NCBI GenBank assembly: GCA_023213395.1
Contig: CM041465.1
Coordinates: forward strand, 146,141,741 to 146,205,740
Reading direction: 5' to 3'
Source of the DNA: Cycas panzhihuaensis
Lineage: Eukaryota > Plantae > Cycadophyta
Length of the DNA: 64,000 nt
The notes beneath the pieces are model-generated. The model ran no database searches. It was not told the DNA's origin and saw nothing but the letters and a program-made list of their open reading frames with translations. The number at the start of each line of letters is the position of its first letter. Positions within the stretch are counted from its first letter, which is position 1. A program made the translations under genes and the position numbers. Positions 57,067 to 64,000 of the stretch are shown piece after piece.

Positions 57067-59570
57067 TTATATGTAATAAAGACAAATAAACCAAGAGTTA
57101 ATAGGACTCTCAAACTCACTATTATCCAACATAGAAATACAATAGGCTCTATTGTTTAAGTCTAAAATTATGAGGAAAAGGCCTATCAATTTAGGTGCAA
57201 ATTTATATTTCTTTTTATGAAGATATTTAAGTTTAAGCACCTTATCTCCCACTTTGAACTTGTGTGGCTATAGGCTCCTATCATAGGTAGATTAGGGTTT
57301 CTTCTTGAAGGAGAGATTATTTTGGTAGGCTTGGAGTTACATCTTATCAAGACACTCTAACTCATGGAGGTAGGCTTGGTGCACTTACTCCATGTTAGTG
57401 AACTCCTTGAATGAGATACAAAGTGATGATATCTCAAACTCTAATAAGAACATAACTTCTGTGTTATAAATAAGGGAAAAATGAACCGTCCTAATAACAT
57501 TATGGATGGAAGTATGATACACCCAAAGCATTGGGAAAAGTTGGGTGTGCCAGTCTCTTTGAGAGGTGGAAACTATTTTGGCCAAAACTTTACCTGGTGA
57601 CTTATTAAATACATCTATTTACCCATTTGCTTGGGGATAATAAGGTGATGACATATTGAGGGTTATGGAAAATTTATCGCATAACTCATCAACATCATTG
57701 TTAAAAAAAGGGATCCCATTATTTGTAATAATGATATTTGGGACCCCAAATCAGTAGATAATATAGTGAAATAGGAAGGTCATTATGACCTTAGCAGTTG
57801 CGGTGGTAAGTGGAACTACTTCTCCACTTGGTAAAATATTTTATGGCTATGAGAATGAACTCATGGCAAGGGGAGGAAGGAGGGTGAATTTTCCTAATGA
57901 GGTCTAAACCCCACTATGAAAAAGGTCAGGGGTGAAATGATACCCCTTATAGACATGGAGGATTGATGAATGAGATGGCCATGGACTTGGCATTTATCAC
58001 ACTTTTAAATATAAGCATGGGCATCATAAAGAAGGGTAAGGTAATAATGGCCCACTTGCAAGATATACTGGGCCTTGGCTTAGCCACCATAATGCCCCCA
58101 ATAAATGTCATATGGCACTCACTTAGGATAGTTTGAGTTTCAGGAAGCATGAAGCAGTTTAGCATGATTCCCATTGAAGGCAATGCTTGTAGAGTATATC
58201 CCCAAGGATAGCATAATGGCATGTTATTACCCTAATCCTCTTTTTATCCTTATACTTGGTATGAACAAGATAGGATTGGGCTTCTAAGAAGCAGATGATA
58301 TCTACATACCAACCTAAGTCATCATTAGTGATGTCAACATGAAATACATGCTTATAAAGAAGGGAATCATCTAACTCCTTGCCAGATTTGTTAGGTAAAG
58401 GCGAGGCTACCAACTGTTCAACAATAACCATGCCTTTCTTAGACTCATGGTTGATCATTTCAAGGTTGAGTTCTTATAAGAGTAGGGCCCATTTACTCAT
58501 TCATTTAGTAAAATCAATTTTTATAAGGAGGAGATGGGGTTTGTCTGAGTAATGACCATTGTGGTGTTGCCCAAGAGATAATGGTATAGTTTTTTTGTCA
58601 CGTAGAGGCACTTATCCTTAGCAAAAGCGTAATTGAGTTCAATGCTAACTAAAGTTTTCTTGATGAAATAGATGGCACACTTATACCTAAAGGCACCCTC
58701 TTGGGCCAACATGCCTCCAAGGGTCTCTTTAATGATGGAAGTATTTAGGATGAAGGATCTATTAAAATGAGATAGTGCTAGAATGGAAGCATAGATTAGT
58801 CCCTCTTTAACCTTATCAAAAGAGTGCTAAACTTTAGGAGTCTAGTAAAGTGGAACACTCTTATTAAGATAGTTTGTGAGGGTTTTAGTATTAAGTATAA
58901 AGTTAGTGAGGACTCTTCTAAGAAACTCAAATGCCCTAGGAAAGACTTGACCTACTTTTACATGGTAAGTGGGGGAATCTAAACAATGGATTTAGTTTTG
59001 TTTGGGTCTATATGAATGTCCTCTTTGGAAATTATATTGCTTAGAATCATATTGAAGGTAATGACAAATACATATTTGAGAGGGCTAAGGCACAACTAGT
59101 ATTTCTTACACTTCTCAAATATGAATCGAAGGTCATGGATGTGGTCTTTGTGGCTCTTAGAGTGTCTTAATATATCATCTAGGTAAATGCCATCCTTATA
59201 GCCTATCAAATCATGAAATATATAATGCAATGCCATTTGGTAGGTGACATTGACATTCTTGAGGCCAAAGGGCATGACCTTGTAAGTAGAGATCTCCCAT
59301 GGAGTAGTAAATGCAATCTTGTGGCAATCTTCACATGTAACAAGAATCTAATTATAACCTAAGAAACTATCCATGAGGGACATGATACTCAAAGTTGATG
59401 GATTGATCAAGAATTTGGTTGATAAAGGGAAAAAGGAAGTTTTCATTTAGGCAAACATCATTAATATCCCTAAAACCAATGCAGATGGAAATAGAACCAT
59501 TCTTTTTAGCGACTAGAATAATGTTAGAAGCCTATTGGGGTTAATCTATAGATTCAACAAATTTGGCCTA
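57067..59570 (-). pseudogene. Degenerate Ty3/gypsy pol (RT-RH-IN), non-chromovirus (Athila/Tat group)
   Basis: RT: MDSFLGYN, AFTTPWE, VMPFGLKN, YLDDI. RH: KLYHYLLG. IN: PYYPQANG, RDWHTQLFPMLWVYHTS, KFAPKLIGLF. Gypsy order; truncated upstream of RT. Confidence 0.9.
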
Positions 59571-59599
59571 TTACTCCTATTATTTGCCATTGCACAAAA

Positions 59600-60800
59600 A
59601 TGAGATATAAATAAATATCAACAATTATGGTCTTTAATAAAAGATGTAGAGAAAGGAAATAATGAAGTAAGAACCAATGCGTTTAGAAGGAATTAAATAA
59701 TATGACAAAAAAGAAAGGTACCTAGGATTACTAAAGAAAAGTTAGAAATAAATCATTATGTGGGAAGTGTCGATATACAAAATATTCTTATAGGAAAGGG
59801 ACTAATTCATATAATTCTCATAGATTATTCTTTTGTGAGAAGATTTTATCTTGAAACATCACTCTACAAAACAGATAGTGATATAGTAAAAGTTGATGTG
59901 GTAAGTCGTCATGTGAGAAGTTAAGATATAGGAAAGTAACTTATAGGAAATAAAGCCATATGTGAAAAAGACCATAGGGACCCATGACGTAGTAGTTAAC
60001 CAAAGCTCCATTCTTGCAACAATAGACATTTATAAAAGGAGATACGAAATGATGAAGTAAAGGTTGATATAGGAAGAAATACTGTAAGAAGACAAGGATG
60101 GAATAGTAAGGTCCCACATGATTATTTCTTGCACGGATATGCCTTTATCAAATAAGCTTATGAAAAACACATGATGTGGGAAAAGAGTCAGAGCTTCATC
60201 ACATAATATAAAAGACCAATAGACTCAATGTCATAGAAAAAAATATTATTACATAAGATGAACCCAAGTAGGTTATATTTCTGTGATCTTAAGATTTAGA
60301 AAAGCAAATACCCAAAGTGAACTATTATGTAGACATATAAAAGATAATAACATAATGTAATCTGGGCCCTTGATTTTAAAGTTCTTTTAATTTATAGTTG
60401 TTGATTCCCGGTATCTACCATGATTAAAATTTGGCTGATTAACATAAAGTGCCTTAATGATTCTCTCACCTATGAAGTATTTTTGATGCAATTGTATGCT
60501 TGACCTATAAGAAACAAGTGCATAATTAAAAAGACTATGAAACAATGAGTGGTCATGATCCAAGTATTAATTTGTATTATATAACCCTATGCTATCTTAA
60601 TGATTATAAAACAAGTTTTTAGGGCAAGGAAAGTTATATAGTTTGTATAGCCTACAAGACAAAGGATTAGAAGTATGAGTTGAATTATCAGGTTTTGCAT
60701 GCAAGGGATCAAAGGAAATGTTGTGGTGGGCATGCTTATGAAACAATTATAGAATGTAGTATGCCCATAGTGACAAGATGACCATGAGGGACACAAAGCA
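59600..60800 (-). mobile_element. Possible LINE RT remnant
   Basis: Minus-strand traces TYLG (~60270), a KAYD-like segment (~60495) and LYK (~60650), in LINE RT order. Confidence 0.35.
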
Positions 60801-62810
60801 TGCAGTGTTTTAAACCCTATATTGAGAAAATATTAAGTTGTAGAAAAAGCAACATAGCACATGCTAAATTCTTATCTAATGTACAAGCAATCCCTTATCC
60901 TAAGTTACAATATAAAAACTTTACCAAATCTAACATAGAGTAGTCAGATATATACGTCTACGAGGTTAGCTTTAAAAATGGAGCTTTAGTCACTAAGATG
61001 GCTATAGATGGGTATAACAAGTATCATGGTGTTACAATTTCACTCATCCATTCAAAATCAACTATTGGTTCTACAACATGTTGTTAGTACATGACCTCCT
61101 ACTAATGTAGGGTTAGTACACTTGACTCTAATGCTTGTATCTAGGTAGAAGATAAAGAATCATGTGTAACATGGGCCAATATCAATAGGTAACCTAATAA
61201 TCTTCGTCATGATAAACATCTTAATAGCAGTACAGATCCATATTTAATTATATCACAAAGATCATAACTACTTCAATGACAAAACTAACTGAACTATTCC
61301 AATAGAAGCACTCATTTACAAGGGATTCATGTAATACTTTTAACCAATTAATCACACCCTTGCAACATAGCAATAAGATGGGAAATTCTATCAATATGCA
61401 ATAATAAGACTAGAAAAAAGGTGGTAAGGAGGGGGAGTGGAACGGTTGAAGCTGGACTTTTTTTTCTTTCTCTTCTTAGAATTTTCTTTTCTCCTCATCT
61501 ATTAATATATGTCTACACATGTAATCTTTTTTAATTGTATATTTGGTAAGAGATAATACTTCATGCGACTAAATTCATGAGTTTGAGAGTACCTGGTAAG
61601 TGAATTTTGCTACCAGAGGCCCTTAGTTCATCACAATTATAATTATTTGTATTAATTGGTTTACTAGGTAGTGTTTTCATACTCAAACACTCTATTGTAT
61701 ACAAAGTTTCTTTATAATAAAGCACATATTATTTTAAGAAATATTTATTTCTTTGGCTTATTAAGCACATTATCTGATGTCTTGTTGTAAGCAATTCATT
61801 CTATAGAACAAAGATATGTATCTTACTAAGTTTCTATTCCCTATGGTTGACCCTTTTATATTTTCCTCTAATTTTAAAATTGAAAGTCATTTGAATACAT
61901 GATAGGGATCTCTAACTATACTCATTACTTGAACTTAGAATTATCAAGGAGATGCATACTCTACATTTTTAATGATATATTTTGGGCAATAATAAGAGGA
62001 TTTGGTGAGAGGTTAGTGAGCACAATCTTGAGCTATATCTTTTATGATTCTATTTGAAGGTTTATGCATGTTGGTTTAGCCCAGCAGGATCAAGACATTG
62101 GCCTCATATTCCTTTAGTAGACATATATCATTAGTCGATTGAAGTGTTTCCTTTTCATCTTTTCATAGTACTTTTCCATATTTTTTCTTTTCTTTTCACA
62201 TGTATCTTTTCTCTTTTTACCTATTACTTTCATACCCAAAAAATGTTTTTACTAACTCTACTTGATGACCATTTGTTCCTTGTCTTTATATAATATGTAA
62301 AGTATGTATTTTATGTATTATACATACCAATGCTATCATTCTATAGAGTTTAGATATTTTACAATTGCCTCTCTATTGTTTGTACTTATGTATTTGAACA
62401 TGCAGACTAGACCTTATTATAGTTAAGCTTTTAGGGGTGTAGTGACATAAAGAGTTAACATAACATTAAGAAAAAAAAAAGGAATTCTAGTTTAATAATC
62501 TCTAAAAATTGAGAGTGAAAGGGTCATTGATATTAGTGCTTAGGCTTAGCTCCTAGGAAAGTAGTGATGTGGTGAATAACCACGTTAGGGTGGAGTCCCT
62601 TCATATATGAGTAATTCCAAGTAAAAGCAAATAAAAACTCAATGCAAAGTTCCTTAATCTATCAAATCTCTTCTAAGGAGCAATCAACCATAACTTTAAT
62701 AATATAAGGTTCATTAGTGATGTTAAGGTCAATGTTAATAGTATTAGAAATTTTAAACACACTAATACTATATTAAGTTATTTGAATGTAGTTGAAGCTT
62801 AGATATATAA

Positions 62811-64000
62811 TGTTAGAATTATAATAACAAATTAATAAAACATAATAATAAATCATAAGGAATATATACATAAATTATAAGATAAGATAAACATATATCA
62901 ATATCAAACATCATCAAAGATTACCATGAGGTATAACAAAATATATATGTGAAAAACCCAAGAGGAAAAATTCTACAGGAGAAAGTTTGGAGTATTATTC
63001 CTATTCATTAGATTTTTAAATGCTTCAATCTCCCCTATCATTTCTTAAGTTCTCAAGCGGTATATGTATAATTACCTCATAATGAGTCTATTACATATAA
63101 AAGCCTTTTTATTTTCTAATAGGTAATTACATGAATAATTATATTTTTTACACAATTTAATAATAATTTGTGATGCTTTGTGTAGGACATGAACATTATA
63201 TTAAATATTACATATTTGAAACTTCAAATATTACAATACTTCCCCTTAATGTTTACTGTCTTTAATTTTTAATCTTTATGTCTTCATCATCAATATAAAA
63301 CAATAAACATTTATTAAAATGCATGGGTAACTAGCCTCTACAATCACTAGTTTTATAGGAAGTGTTTCTTATATGCAATTCTTCAGTTGAATAAAATAAA
63401 ATAATAAACAACATTAGATGTTATGTCAATATGTTGTATAATAACTATACCTCTCCATCTCTTATAATAACCAGAAATAATTCAACCATTCTCATAACCA
63501 AACTTTCATTAAATAATAATAACAACAACAATAATAGGCCCTTCTTTGAAATAAATTTAAAATAGGTGGTGTTTCCTTAACATCATTCAATACATCAAGT
63601 GATCTTATCAACTTTCTATATCAAACTTCATTTGATTAGTGTTACAATTCACTATATCAAATGTGTAAATACTTGAGGGGGATAAATATCATCATGTCCA
63701 ACATGTCTTATCAAATTCAATATTAAATAGGTTCCCATAACTTCAGGTTTGAGCTTTAAATGTCATAAATAAGGCTTAAAAATATCATTTTTTATCAATT
63801 TTAAATTTAGCTTCATCATTAATCATCCATTTATATCAACATGCACTCATGGGCATTTAAAATCTTCAAAAAAATGCCAAATCATATCTTAAATTGCTAA
63901 AAAGTTATAACTTTTATCATATCAAAATTAACTTAATCAAATTTACTTATTAAATTCTTAATGATGTAATCTCCAAAATATGTCTTATGACCATTTATTT
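62811..64000 (-). mobile_element. 3' LTR (62811-~63238), PPT and heavily deleted RH/RT remnant of a copia element running out of the window
   Basis: tgttagaa... LTR followed by cttccccttaatg (same PPT type as 39206 and 47312), then RH/RT traces. Confidence 0.65.

Overview
AT-rich, CpG-depleted eukaryotic DNA, almost certainly intergenic heterochromatin of a large land-plant genome (fern/lycophyte-like by impression; the host cannot be established from the sequence). There is no intact host gene. The window is a nested stack of decayed retroelements: about 8 Ty1/copia elements or remnants, two gag-protease-only Ty3/gypsy elements, one non-chromovirus gypsy pol remnant, an 81-bp-LTR TRIM, a solo LTR, LINE remnants and three 0.5-1.2 kb compound (TA)n arrays. 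Many boundaries can be fixed by LTR pairs, PBS, PPT and 5-bp TSDs. Most notable: (1) a TRIM and an oppositely oriented copia element are joined U5-to-U5 with apparently unprocessed cDNA ends and share one TSD, suggesting co-integration of two different cDNAs; (2) an intronless fragment of a non-plant-type phosphoglycerate kinase is captured antisense in a copia leader, with its last codons coinciding with the PBS; (3) a spliced CAX fragment is captured in another LTR leader; (4) two non-autonomous lineages each show a shared internal deletion; (5) a ~480-bp microsatellite is present in only one LTR of a pair. Coordinates and counts were done by eye and may be off by a few bases.
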